A DNA stretch of 64,000 nt from an uncultured cyanobacterium (GTDB lineage: Bacteria; Cyanobacteriota; Cyanobacteriia; Cyanobacteriales; CAWCAG01). Numbering within the stretch: the stretch's first letter is position 1; each line of letters begins with the position of its first letter. The DNA lies in assembly GCA_963803805.1 (NCBI GenBank), contig CAWDOD010000002.1:608001-672000 (forward strand), given 5' to 3'. A program made the position numbers and the translations under genes. This document shows positions 21,199 to 31,600 of this stretch, piece after piece. Under the pieces are notes generated by a model, which ran no database searches, had not been told where the DNA came from, and saw only the letters and a list, made by a program, of their open reading frames with translations.

Positions 21199-22616
21199 TT
21201 ATACTTCTTCACCCACAACCTCTACTGTAGCTGTAGCTGCGTCTACATCTTGCTGCTGTTCTGTTTGTTCCCCTTCTGCTTCCTCTTTTTCGAGGGAACC
21301 TTGAGGGACTAATTCAATTTCTGATTGTTCGGTTAACCACTCCAAAGTTTTTTCTTTGATTAAATCTTCTTCCACTGCTTCGCGCAGGCGCTTCTTGATT
21401 CGAAGTCGCGATCGCTCAATTCTTCGATTACTTCCTGTATCTTTTTTTCAACCTCTGCTGGTTCTGGTTGGAGAGATTCACGCTTGCCTACTTCTAATAG
21501 AGCTAAAGAGCGGGTAATATTTTCAATAGCTTCAGGACGGGTTCGCTCTTTGATTTGAGCAACATTTTCAGGGGTGAACATCGTTTTGATATCCATACCA
21601 TACTGCTGCATTTGCATAGCTGTTTGGGTCAGCATAGTTTCCACTTCTTTGTCGATCATGGTTTTTGGTAAGTTCGCTTTTGCTTGCTTGAGCAATTCTT
21701 TTACCAAAGCTGCTTCAATGCTAGACTTTGTAGCAACTTCTGCCTCCTCTTTGTAGCGAGTTTCTAAAGATTCCCTCAACTCCGCTATAGTTTCAAATTC
21801 GCTAATATCTTCAGCGAATTCGTCATCTATTTCTGGTAGTTCCTTTTCTTTGAGTTCTTTGAGGGTAAGCTTAAAGTTGGCTGAAGCTCCGGCTAAATCA
21901 TCTCTAGGATAGTCTTCAGGGAAAGTTACGGCAATTTCTTTGGTTTCCTCTGGATTCATACCCACGATTCCAGCCACAATATCTTGAATAAATTTGCCTT
22001 CTTCTAGCTCTAACTCAAAGTCTTGAGCCTCGGCCCCAGGAATTTCTTCCCCTTCTTCCCCTTCTTCAGTGGGTGCGAAGCGGCCTTTATAATCTACGAT
22101 AGCTACGTCCCCTGCTTGTGCTGCCCTCCCTTCTACAGGAATCAAGGTTGCTTGTTCAACACGACGTTCTTCTAAAAATTCATCTACCTTTTGAGGATCA
22201 TAGGTTGTTTCTTCTGCTTTAACTTGCCAGCCTTTATATTCCCCTAACTCTACTTCAGGAGATACATCTACAGACCCAGAGAAAACTAGAGGTTCTCCTG
22301 GCTGATACTTACTAATCAACTCCTCAAAGGAAGAACGAAGCTGATAATTGCCTAAAGCATCTATTGATTCACTTTCCACCGCTTCTTTAAAAGAATCCTG
22401 AATTAAATCTTCTAATGCAGCGGCTCTAATTCTCTGGGGGCCAAGTTGTTGGAGTAAAATCTTTCGAGGAACTTTCCCTTTGCGGAACCCAGGAATCCTC
22501 GCGGTGCGAGATAGCTGTTGTACTACCTTATCATAAGCTTTTTTAGTAGCTTCAGGGGGAATCTCTATTTCCAAGCCAATCTGACTATCGGGAAGCTTTT
22601 CCTGGGTTATTTTCAT
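21199..22616 (-). CDS. tig: Trigger factor with an apparent frameshift at ~21390-21401
   Basis: IPGFRKGKVP ribosome-binding motif and an FKBP domain. The natural C-terminus (RLREAVEEDLIKEKTLEWLTEQSEIELVP...EEV*) lies in another frame ending at 21199. Confidence 0.95.
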
Positions 22617-22936
22617 CGATGCTCTTAGTATCTTCAATCTTTAAATGGACAGTTAACTTGAGTTGGGCTTATGATGTTAACCTATTTGATAATAGTACAT
22701 CCCTGGTTTCCAACCACCTAAAATTAGCAACTAAATTTCTTACTTATTCTTGCTAAGCTAGATAAATAAATATAATAGCTCCTAAAAATCAATATAAATT
22801 ATTTACTCAAGTTACAATCTAAGGAACCACTACTTACAACTTAAAGGTAGAGCAAATTTATTTAACTTAATTATCATTAAACAAAACTCTATATAAAGTT
22901 AGAAAGAAAATCCCATGAAAAACGGAGGAGAACAAT

Positions 22937-23980
22937 TTGTCTGGTTCAATTAGCGTCGCTATCCTGGGAGCTACAGGAGCAGTTGGTGCTGAGTTAATTC
23001 AACTTTTAGAAAGTCGTAGCTTTCCTATAACTAATTTAAAGCTGCTAGCCTCTCCCCGTTCTGCTGGTCGTAGTCTCACTTTTAAAGGTGAAAACTTGTT
23101 AGTGGAGGCAGTAGGAGAAGACTCCTTTAATGATGTAGATTTAGTGCTGGCCTCAGCAGGAGGTTCCATATCCAAAACTTGGGCCCGCAAAGCGGTAGTT
23201 GCTGGAGCAGTAGTAATTGATAACTCCAGCGCTTTTCGATTAGATGATCATGTTCCTTTGGTGGTTCCAGAAGTCAACCCTGAAGCAGCAGCGAAGCATC
23301 AAGGTATTATTGCCAATCCTAACTGCACTACCATTTTAATGGCGGTAGCAACTTGGCCTCTCCACAAAGTTCAACCCATAAAAAGAATTATTGCAGCCAC
23401 CTATCAATCAGCTAGTGGTGCTGGGGCTAGGGCAATGGAGGAAGTCAAAAAGCAAGCCCAGGCTATTCTTAACGGTGAAACTCCTGAAACCAATGTGTTT
23501 CCCTATCCCTTGGCATTCAACCTTTTTCCCCATAATAGCCCCCTCAATGACCAGGGATACTGCACTGAAGAGATGAAAATGGTCAACGAAACCAGAAAAA
23601 TTTTCAATCAGCCAAATTTGCGGGTTAGTGCCACTTGCATTCGCGTTCCTGTACTACGGGCTCATTCCGAGGCTATTAATATAGAATTTGAGGAGTCTTT
23701 TCCTGTAGCTAGAGCCAGAGAAATAATTAGCGCTGCGCCAGGGGTAAAACTATTAGAAGATTGGCAAAAAAACTATTTTCCTATGCCCATTGATGCCACA
23801 GGGCAAGATGAAGTATTGGTAGGAAGAATCCGTCAAGATTTATCCCATCCTTGTAGCCTAGAGTTGTGGTTAAGTGGGGATCAAATTCGTAAAGGGGCTG
23901 CCTTGAATGCTATACAAATTGCTGAGTTATTAGTAGAGGAAAATTTGCTCAAGACCAAGGTTACTGCGACTGCTGTTTAA
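22937..23980 (+). CDS. asd: Aspartate-semialdehyde dehydrogenase
   Basis: GATGAVG, IANPNCTT, YQSASGAG and RKGAALNA. Confidence 0.97.
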   Translation: MSGSISVAILGATGAVGAELIQLLESRSFPITNLKLLASPRSAGRSLTFKGENLLVEAVGEDSFNDVDLVLASAGGSISKTWARKAVVAGAVVIDNSSAFRLDDHVPLVVPEVNPEAAAKHQGIIANPNCTTILMAVATWPLHKVQPIKRIIAATYQSASGAGARAMEEVKKQAQAILNGETPETNVFPYPLAFNLFPHNSPLNDQGYCTEEMKMVNETRKIFNQPNLRVSATCIRVPVLRAHSEAINIEFEESFPVARAREIISAAPGVKLLEDWQKNYFPMPIDATGQDEVLVGRIRQDLSHPCSLELWLSGDQIRKGAALNAIQIAELLVEENLLKTKVTATAV

Positions 23981-24025
23981 ATACCAAAAGAAGAATTAAA
24001 TAAACTGATTGGAGAAAATACAAGT

Positions 24026-24910
24026 GTGGTGAATTTTGGACGAGTTGTTACGGCAATGGCGACACCGTTTACTGAAGATGGCAGTGTCAACTATCCCGTT
24101 GCCGAAAAGTTAGCTGATTATTTAATTGCTAATGGAAGTGATGGTATTGTTGTTTGCGGAACTACTGGGGAATCACCAACCTTAACTAAAGAGGAAAAAT
24201 ATGAATTATTTCAAGTAATTAAAAACGTTGTGGCCAATAGAGGTAAAGTAATTGCTGGAACTGGATCTTATTCAACTCAAGAAGCGATCACTACTACCAA
24301 AAAAGCTGCTAAACTAGGAATAGATGGTTCACTGCAAGTAGTTCCTTACTATAGCAAGCCTCCCCAAGTAGGACTATATGAGCATTTTGTGGCTATTGCC
24401 CAGGCTTGTAGGGATATGCCCGTAATGCTTTATAATATACCAGGTCGCACTGGTAAAAATCTGCAAACAGAAACTGTAGCCAAACTTGCCGAAGTTGATA
24501 ATATCGTTGCTATCAAAGAAGCTAGTGGTAGCCTCGACCAAATTAGCGATATTAGGCGCTCTACACCTTCATCTTTTGACATCTATTCTGGAGAAGATAG
24601 TTTAACTTTACCGGCCCTTGCCGTAGGTGCTGTAGGAGTTGTCAGCGTAGCCTCTCACCTAGTAGCACTACAAATGCAAGAAATGATTCAAGCTTTTGAA
24701 GTTGGTAAAACAAATGTTGCCAGGGATATTCACTTTAAACTATCTCCTTTATTTAAAGCCCTATTTTTGACAACAAACCCAATTCCTGTCAAAGCGGCTT
24801 TGAATCTTAGAGGTTGGGATGTTGGCTCTTGTCGCTTGCCCCTGTGCGAAATTTCTCCAGAACTAAAAGTGAAATTAGAGATCGTCTTAAGGGAGCTTTC
24901 TTTAATTTGA
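24026..24910 (+). CDS. dapA: 4-hydroxy-tetrahydrodipicolinate synthase
   Basis: [20 protein letters not shown] and NPIPVK. Confidence 0.97.
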   Translation: MVNFGRVVTAMATPFTEDGSVNYPVAEKLADYLIANGSDGIVVCGTTGESPTLTKEEKYELFQVIKNVVANRGKVIAGTGSYSTQEAITTTKKAAKLGIDGSLQVVPYYSKPPQVGLYEHFVAIAQACRDMPVMLYNIPGRTGKNLQTETVAKLAEVDNIVAIKEASGSLDQISDIRRSTPSSFDIYSGEDSLTLPALAVGAVGVVSVASHLVALQMQEMIQAFEVGKTNVARDIHFKLSPLFKALFLTTNPIPVKAALNLRGWDVGSCRLPLCEISPELKVKLEIVLRELSLI

Positions 24911-25190
24911 TTTTTCTTACAGGCGAGCTTGATCTCTAATCAAGATTGAAAATAATTGATAGAAAAAGCTCTGATCTAGTTATCAATGAGAAATTGTTAA
25001 AGATAAATAGGTTTGATAGCTATCTCAAAAAAACTTCACCCTCAAAAGATATTTTCCAACTAAAGTATTTGTTTTTTTTGTCAACTAGTTTCATTCCAAA
25101 CAAACTAGTTAGGCTTTAAATCAGGAAAATTACCAAAATTTTCTATTTGCTCTTTCAATGAAAACCAATCAATTAACTTAAAGTAAATAC

Positions 25191-26951
25191 ATGAGTAAAA
25201 ACGGATCAAAACCAAATCTAAAAATCATTCCCTTGGGTGGATTGCACGAAATTGGTAAGAACACCTGTGTTTTTGAGTATGAAGATGAAATAATTCTTTT
25301 GGATGCAGGTATCGGTTTTCCTAACGATGATATGCACGGGATCAATATTGTCTTACCTGACATTACTTATCTCAAAGAAAACCGACATAAAATTAAAGGT
25401 ATGATCGTCACCCATGGTCATGAAGATCATATTGGTGGCATTGCTTATCACCTCAAACAGTTTGATATTCCTATCATTCACGGCCCCCGTCTAGCAATGT
25501 CTTTATTGCAAGACAAATTAGAAGAAGCTGGAGTAGCAGACCGCACTAAATTACACAGCGTCATGCCGAGGGATAAGGTACGCATTGGCAAATCATTCTT
25601 AGTAGAGTACATTCGCAACACCCACTCCATTGCTGATAGTTTCAGTGTAGCAATCCACACTCCTATTGGAGTTGTCATTCACACCGGAGACTTTAAAATT
25701 GACTATACCCCAGTAGATGGAGAACACTTCGACCTCCAAAAACTAGCAGAATATGGCGAAAAAGGAGTTCTTTGCCTGTTAAGTGACTCTACTAACGCTG
25801 AAGTACCAGGACATACGCCTTCGGAACGCTCCGTTTATCCTAATTTGGATCGGGCCTTTTCTCAGGCTTCAGGACGGTTAATTGTCACCACTTTTGCTTC
25901 TTCTGTCCATCGGGTTAATATGATTTTAGAGTTGGCTCAGAAACATAACCGAGTTGTTTCTGTCTTAGGACGCTCAATGTTGAATGTAATTGCCCATGCC
26001 CGCAACCTGGGTTACATTAAATGTCCTGACAACCTCTTTGAACCAATCCATACCACCCGCAAGCTTCCTGATGACAAGGTAATGATTCTTACCACAGGTT
26101 CTCAAGGAGAGCCAATGGCAGCCTTGACAAGGATTTCTAAGCAAGAACATCGTCAACTCAAAGTGCGCGAAGGAGATACCATCGTCTTATCTGCTAACCC
26201 TATCCCTGGCAACACTATTGCTGTAGTTAATACCATTGATAGATTGATGATGCAGGGAGCAAAAGTTGTTTACGGGCGAAACCAAGGCATCCATGTTTCT
26301 GGTCACGGCGCTCAAGAAGATCATAAGCTCATGTTGGCCCTGACTAAACCAAAATTCTTTGTTCCTTTTCACGGTGAACATCGAATGTTGGTTAAGCATA
26401 GACAGTTAGCACAAAGTATGGGAGTTCCCGAAGAGAACAGCTTAATTATTAACAACGGCGATATCATCAAACTAACTGAAGATAGCATTGAAGTAGCAGG
26501 GAAAGTTCCTTCTGGCATTAAACCAGTAGATCGTTCTGGAGTTGTTCATGACGCAGTAGTCAAAGAGCGGCAACAGCTAGCAGAAGATGGAGTGATCACA
26601 GTAGCTGCGGCGATAAACTGGGAAGGCAAACTCATTGCTGATCCTGAATTGCATCTGCGGGGAGTCGCTACGGTTATTGAGAGATCGCTGTTAGAAAAAC
26701 TGGTGATTAGAACCATTGAAAAAACGATTGAAAATCGTTGGAGTGACTTTACTCAAGGTTCAAGTAGTAGTGAAGACATTGACGTTGACTGGAAAGGATT
26801 AAGCCGGGAAATTGAAAGTGGTATGCAACGGCTAGCCCGTCGGGAACTCAAAAGCCAACCTTTAGTAGTGTTCTTACTGCAAACTCCTGAAAAACCGAAG
26901 GTGAGAACCTATCGGCGCAGGCGGCGTTCAGCAGCGACGGTGGCTTCGTAA
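25191..26951 (+). CDS. rnj: Ribonuclease J
   Basis: LGGLHEIGKN, THGHEDHIG, HTGDFK and HVSGH. It sits in the conserved asd-dapA-rnj order. Confidence 0.96.
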   Translation: MSKNGSKPNLKIIPLGGLHEIGKNTCVFEYEDEIILLDAGIGFPNDDMHGINIVLPDITYLKENRHKIKGMIVTHGHEDHIGGIAYHLKQFDIPIIHGPRLAMSLLQDKLEEAGVADRTKLHSVMPRDKVRIGKSFLVEYIRNTHSIADSFSVAIHTPIGVVIHTGDFKIDYTPVDGEHFDLQKLAEYGEKGVLCLLSDSTNAEVPGHTPSERSVYPNLDRAFSQASGRLIVTTFASSVHRVNMILELAQKHNRVVSVLGRSMLNVIAHARNLGYIKCPDNLFEPIHTTRKLPDDKVMILTTGSQGEPMAALTRISKQEHRQLKVREGDTIVLSANPIPGNTIAVVNTIDRLMMQGAKVVYGRNQGIHVSGHGAQEDHKLMLALTKPKFFVPFHGEHRMLVKHRQLAQSMGVPEENSLIINNGDIIKLTEDSIEVAGKVPSGIKPVDRSGVVHDAVVKERQQLAEDGVITVAAAINWEGKLIADPELHLRGVATVIERSLLEKLVIRTIEKTIENRWSDFTQGSSSSEDIDVDWKGLSREIESGMQRLARRELKSQPLVVFLLQTPEKPKVRTYRRRRRSAATVAS

Positions 26952-27012
26952 TTTTAAGGGAGTAGGAGATAGGAAGAAGAAAAGCCAGCTTATTTGAGGA
27001 GAACGGATTCTT

Positions 27013-27035
27013 TAAGTAGGTAGACAGAATTAATT
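27013..27035. repeat. Dispersed MITE-type end sequence
   Basis: TAAGTAGGTAGACAGAATTAATT, with a near-identical copy TAAGTACCTAGACAAAATTAATT at 36364-36386. Confidence 0.55.
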
Positions 27036-27289
27036 AAAGAGAAAAGGGGATAATAATGCGGAGCGCAATCGCCAGCTTCCTTCTTCCTATAACCCTCTTC
27101 TGTTACTTTCCGAAAACAAAAGTCAATTCTGATTTCTGGGGCTTATATATAATTATGCGATCGCCAGCTTTTTTCTAACTAAAAATTCTTGTGGACAGCA
27201 AAATCACCAAAATCAGATGAGTAAATTCTGTCATAATAAGTTTGTACAGACTTTAACCAAATATTAAAAAAATCCGAACTAACTTAACA

Positions 27290-27841
27290 TCAGATTGGCC
27301 AGTTATTCTCTAAATATAGCTTGATCAAACCTGCATGGGATAAAGGACGTGATAGATTGTCTATGTCGCTGTTTGTTTCGTAATCTAATAAAACGACACT
27401 TTTCTTCAAACTAATATTTTTTAGCTCACTAAGTAAATCCTGAAGATGGTTCTCTAATATCCATTTGTATGAGGGTAGGTAGATTTGTCTCCGAGCGTCT
27501 GCATAAGAAAGAAGTTTGTCACTTTTAAGACCAGCACGATGACCTAATACTTTTCCATATTTTCGTTCAGACCTTTTTATTCCCTTCATATTAGAAACTA
27601 AGAACTTAGAAGGATCTATATCTGTTGTTTCAAAAACCTTTAACCCTTGCCAAATTCCTTCAACGGTCATACTAAATTCCCCTGGTGAAAAAGGAATAGG
27701 AATTTTTCCATGAGGATAAAAAGGACTAAAGCAAAGCCAAGGTTGGGGGCCACGGGAAGTAACATCAAAGATAACTGAATCGCCATAGCGTTTTTGCAGA
27801 CTCTCAGGGGGCATATGACGACTCTTGATAATCAATGGCAT
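27290..27841 (-). CDS. DUF6939-type / NADAR-superfamily-like protein
   Basis: DVTS, FSPFYPHG, TVEGIWQGLKVF (compare the NADAR sxEHyfQaxKF helix), ARRQIYLPSY, LLDYETN and PLSHA. AGGAG Shine-Dalgarno sequence. Confidence 0.7.
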   Translation of the reverse strand: MPLIIKSRHMPPESLQKRYGDSVIFDVTSRGPQPWLCFSPFYPHGKIPIPFSPGEFSMTVEGIWQGLKVFETTDIDPSKFLVSNMKGIKRSERKYGKVLGHRAGLKSDKLLSYADARRQIYLPSYKWILENHLQDLLSELKNISLKKSVVLLDYETNSDIDNLSRPLSHAGLIKLYLENNWPI

Positions 27842-27860
27842 TGTTGCTTGTCTCCTGTCT

Positions 27861-28649
27861 TCAGTTTACTGCTGATACCGGTAAAGAAAAGAGTTTTGGA
27901 AACATCGGGGGAGGCTCTGGTTGAGCAAGGCCAGCCTCTAAAAAACTATATTGAATTGAAGTCAAGGACATTGGTGCGAAATCCTGATGGCGAGCTAGTG
28001 CAGCTACAGCACAGATTGGCGTTTCAAAAACAGGATATCTTCCATAGTAGAAGTTATTCCAGTCACCTCCAGTTTCCTTCATCCAGAAATTCGCAATTAT
28101 TTTCAACGATTCCTCCGTAGTTTTGTGATCTTTGTTTGGAATACTTCGAGCTAACTTCAACCAAGCATCACTATACTCATCTCGCGATTCTGATAGATTA
28201 ATATTTGGTTTGTTACTAATTAACATCCAGGTTACAAGATCTGCTTGTTGCTGGCTGTCAACTGGTTTATCTGGAATAAATTTTAGAAACTCCCATTCAC
28301 TACCTAGAGTGGCATATTGGCTGGCTCGATAAAACTCCTCTGACAAAAACAGACCGAACGCTGTCAAAGAAGACCAATGTTTCCATACATCATGGCTTGC
28401 TCCTATAGCATATAGAAAAGAAGTCAATTCATTGACGATACTAGTAAGCATTTTATTCGCTTCACCTATTTCAATAATAGATGTTTCAAGCAACTGGTCT
28501 ATACTATCTAATCCACGGCTAGAGTCTAGCAAGATTTTGTTTTTATATTCTTCCGCACCTATCCTACGAACTGGAGCATCGGGAAGAGTGATTTGCGACA
28601 ACTCTATCTCAACATATTCACGTAACGTAAAGTAGCTTAAGCGTCCCAT
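27861..28649 (-). CDS. Putative immunity protein
   Basis: Start overlaps the toxin 3' end by 13 nt, with a GGAGG Shine-Dalgarno sequence. Helical, no signal peptide. The C-terminal ICAVAALAR is loosely like Imm49/PoNi-type immunity proteins. Confidence 0.6.
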   Translation of the reverse strand: MGRLSYFTLREYVEIELSQITLPDAPVRRIGAEEYKNKILLDSSRGLDSIDQLLETSIIEIGEANKMLTSIVNELTSFLYAIGASHDVWKHWSSLTAFGLFLSEEFYRASQYATLGSEWEFLKFIPDKPVDSQQQADLVTWMLISNKPNINLSESRDEYSDAWLKLARSIPNKDHKTTEESLKIIANFWMKETGGDWNNFYYGRYPVFETPICAVAALARHQDFAPMSLTSIQYSFLEAGLAQPEPPPMFPKLFSLPVSAVN

Positions 28650-31600
28650 TCACGTAGTCCTCCCATTGCTACCGCTTTATCCTTAGCAGTTTTTTGAGCT
28701 AACCCTCCTAATAATTGAGGAGTTTGATTATCTTTTGCATCATGATATCCAATAATATTTTTCCCAGGAATGCTACCTGTGAAAGCTACCTCAGCCTCAT
28801 TGATTAGCCGATCACTTCTAGATATTTTGTTTTCTTTATGCAAAAGTTCTATATTTAGTACACCTTGTTTTGCCTGTTCTTCTATACTGAAAAGATATAC
28901 GAAGATTCTACCGACAATTCCTTGTTCACGGATATTACTTTTATCTTGTGCTTTTCCAAAAGCATATTTAGCAGCCTCTACTGAGTCCTTGGAAGTAGAA
29001 ATAAATGGTATTTTGGTAAATTCTAGCCCTTCATATCTGCCCATATTGAGTTTACTCAACTCTAATATGAACTGTTTTTTATTATTTACGTATTGATGTA
29101 TTGCCACATAAAATTTGTTTTCAAAGCCTTTTTTTGTTCCTTTGCCTTCGCTACCACGAGTTATTGGTTTCATGTAATTTGAATCTGGAGAAGATAGCAT
29201 CTCTCGCTTAATAGTTTCTACTTCCTCTTGTAACTGTTCTTGAGTAGGATTGTTGATACCGCTTTTTATTAATCGTCTGAGAGCTTGCTTCTGAGCTTTT
29301 TGGTTAAGCTTATCTGGATGAGTGTTAAGTTCTAATGCCTCTCTAGTTTTTAGAGCTTCTAATTCGTGTTGGACAATGGCTGCGGCTGACTCAAGTTCGT
29401 CTATACTAGGATTCTCTTCATCTGATAAGGACTTGGCAACTTCTTGTGTCGCCTGACTAAATTCAGGTTGACCAACAATATCATTCGCTGCTTTGCTGAC
29501 TTCTTCTTTGTATTTCTCTTCATCCCAGCTAGCCTGAAAGTGAATACCACGATATGCAGCAAGAGCGCCTTTAAGAGGACTGTCCTGTTCATCAAAAATT
29601 TCGAATAGCTGCTGAAGTGTATCTGATAATGTTTGCTCTGCTGTTTCCGTCTGATTATCAGCAGCCTCAGCCTCATTGATTGCCGCTTCATTCGCCGAAT
29701 CCTGCTTTGCTTCCTGCATTTCTTGAGCAGTTTTGTTAGCACTTTGCTCAGTTGTGTCAAGCTGCTGACGAGCCGTTGCTAACAAACCTTGTGCTTTTAC
29801 TTTATCTTCTTCTGATAATGAATCTAGTCTGCCCTGCCAATCATTAAGTTTAGCCTCAACAGGTGTTGGAGTACTAGCTACCATTACTTCTGTAGCTGTA
29901 CCTTGAGTTTTAATCCACAAACGATGTCCTTCACCTGCTGCACTAAAGGTAACTGTCTTACCAACTTCGCTATCTTCTAACTGTTCACCCTCACCTTCAT
30001 CCGGACTTTCTGCACCTTCTTTATTCTTCTTATTTTTACCATCGCCTTTACCAAAGCCAAGCTTCTTACCAATCTTCTTAGCAAACTTAACTGCCTGGGC
30101 AATCAACCACTCAATCGCTTTATCTATCGGTGCTTTAAGCTTACCAATGATGTCCTTAATTTTGTCGCTAATGCCACCTAAACCTAACAAGCTGGCCATA
30201 AAGCTAATCACCACAGGTAGAGACTTAGATAAAGCATTTTCAATTAGACTTGCTGCTCCTCCAATAGCCCCGCTAGCAATAGCCGTTACTGAGTCCATTA
30301 CAGCGTGAACTAAATCAACAATCTGACTACCACGCTCTATGAAGAACATGATTACGTCGTAAATCATCTTACAGGCTTTGACAAAAGCTGAGGCTGGATT
30401 GAGGAGACTAATAACCCACAGCACACCTTGCTTAATTACCGTTTCAATGACGAAGTTTTGGATAGTGCCAAGCACCATCTCTTTGAGATCACCAATCTTA
30501 TCTTGGACGAATTGCCATAAACCAGCTAAACCTTCATTCTTGAAGATGATGAAGATGTCAAAAGTTTTCTCTAAGCCATCAAAAATTCTTTCTCCATTTT
30601 TGCCTAAAGCTTTGATTGTTCTGGATTTGATGGAATCATAGGCTAGCCCTAATACCTGCATAACCAAGGTGAAGATGCCTTTGAGGTCAAAGCTTTCTGG
30701 CATTTGTATACCTGATTTAGCCATCGTCCCGGTTAGCCAACCGATTAATCCCTTTTTCAGATGGGGTAAAATATTGCCGACAAAGTTGTTAAAACCTTGT
30801 TTCACTCCAGAAACTAAATTCCCCAAAAACCCAATGGGGTCTAAGATAATGTTTCCAATCGCTCCTGCTGCCTTACCTAACACACCCATCAGCATATCTT
30901 TCAGTTGCATGATAGTTTGGGCTGTACCAACTATGGCATCCTTCGCTTTATCAAAAAATCCCCGATTAGCTGCCTGCATCTCTTGAATGCGGCTGTTAAC
31001 TTCCTGGATACTATTGCTGTACTGTTGAGCCAAAGAATCAATTAATTCATCCTGCTTACTATCAACACTTTGCTCTAATTGTTCAAACTGACTTTGAATA
31101 TCCTGTGCTGCTTGTTCACCAACCTGTTGTAGAGATTGAGGCAACTTAGCTACATAATCTTTAATTTGTTGTTTACCTTCACTAATTCTTTGCTTAGCTT
31201 CGTTGAGCTTCTGCGCCACAAAGTTAGCGATATCAGTCAAAGCAATATCCATTTCGTCGATGTACAGTTGCTTACCTTCGACAAAATATTGATTTACTTC
31301 CGGTGGCAATCCTACTACCGCATCGCTAAGCCGCTCATCCCAACCAGTGACATCGTACCACTCTCCATACCTTTCTTTTTCCCAGACTGCCATTTTTTCT
31401 TTAACATGGCTTTCAAACTTACCCTTAGCAGCCCCAGCAGCAGTGTCAAACTTGCTCGTTACTTCTGTATCTATACCACTGAGGATAGTTTCAACATCAG
31501 TTTTTGTAGTTGTATAAATACTATTAATATGGGTAGCCACTTCAGAGCGTTTCTGCTCATCTTGACTTTTCGCTGTTTGTTGCTGTCCCATTACCTGCCC

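Noticed and set aside
21199-22616. tig, the PMT gene and the GNAT at 9.1 kb as pseudogenes
   Set aside because: They show no other decay, and the breaks share a motif or lie in a homopolymer, so sequencing error is more likely.
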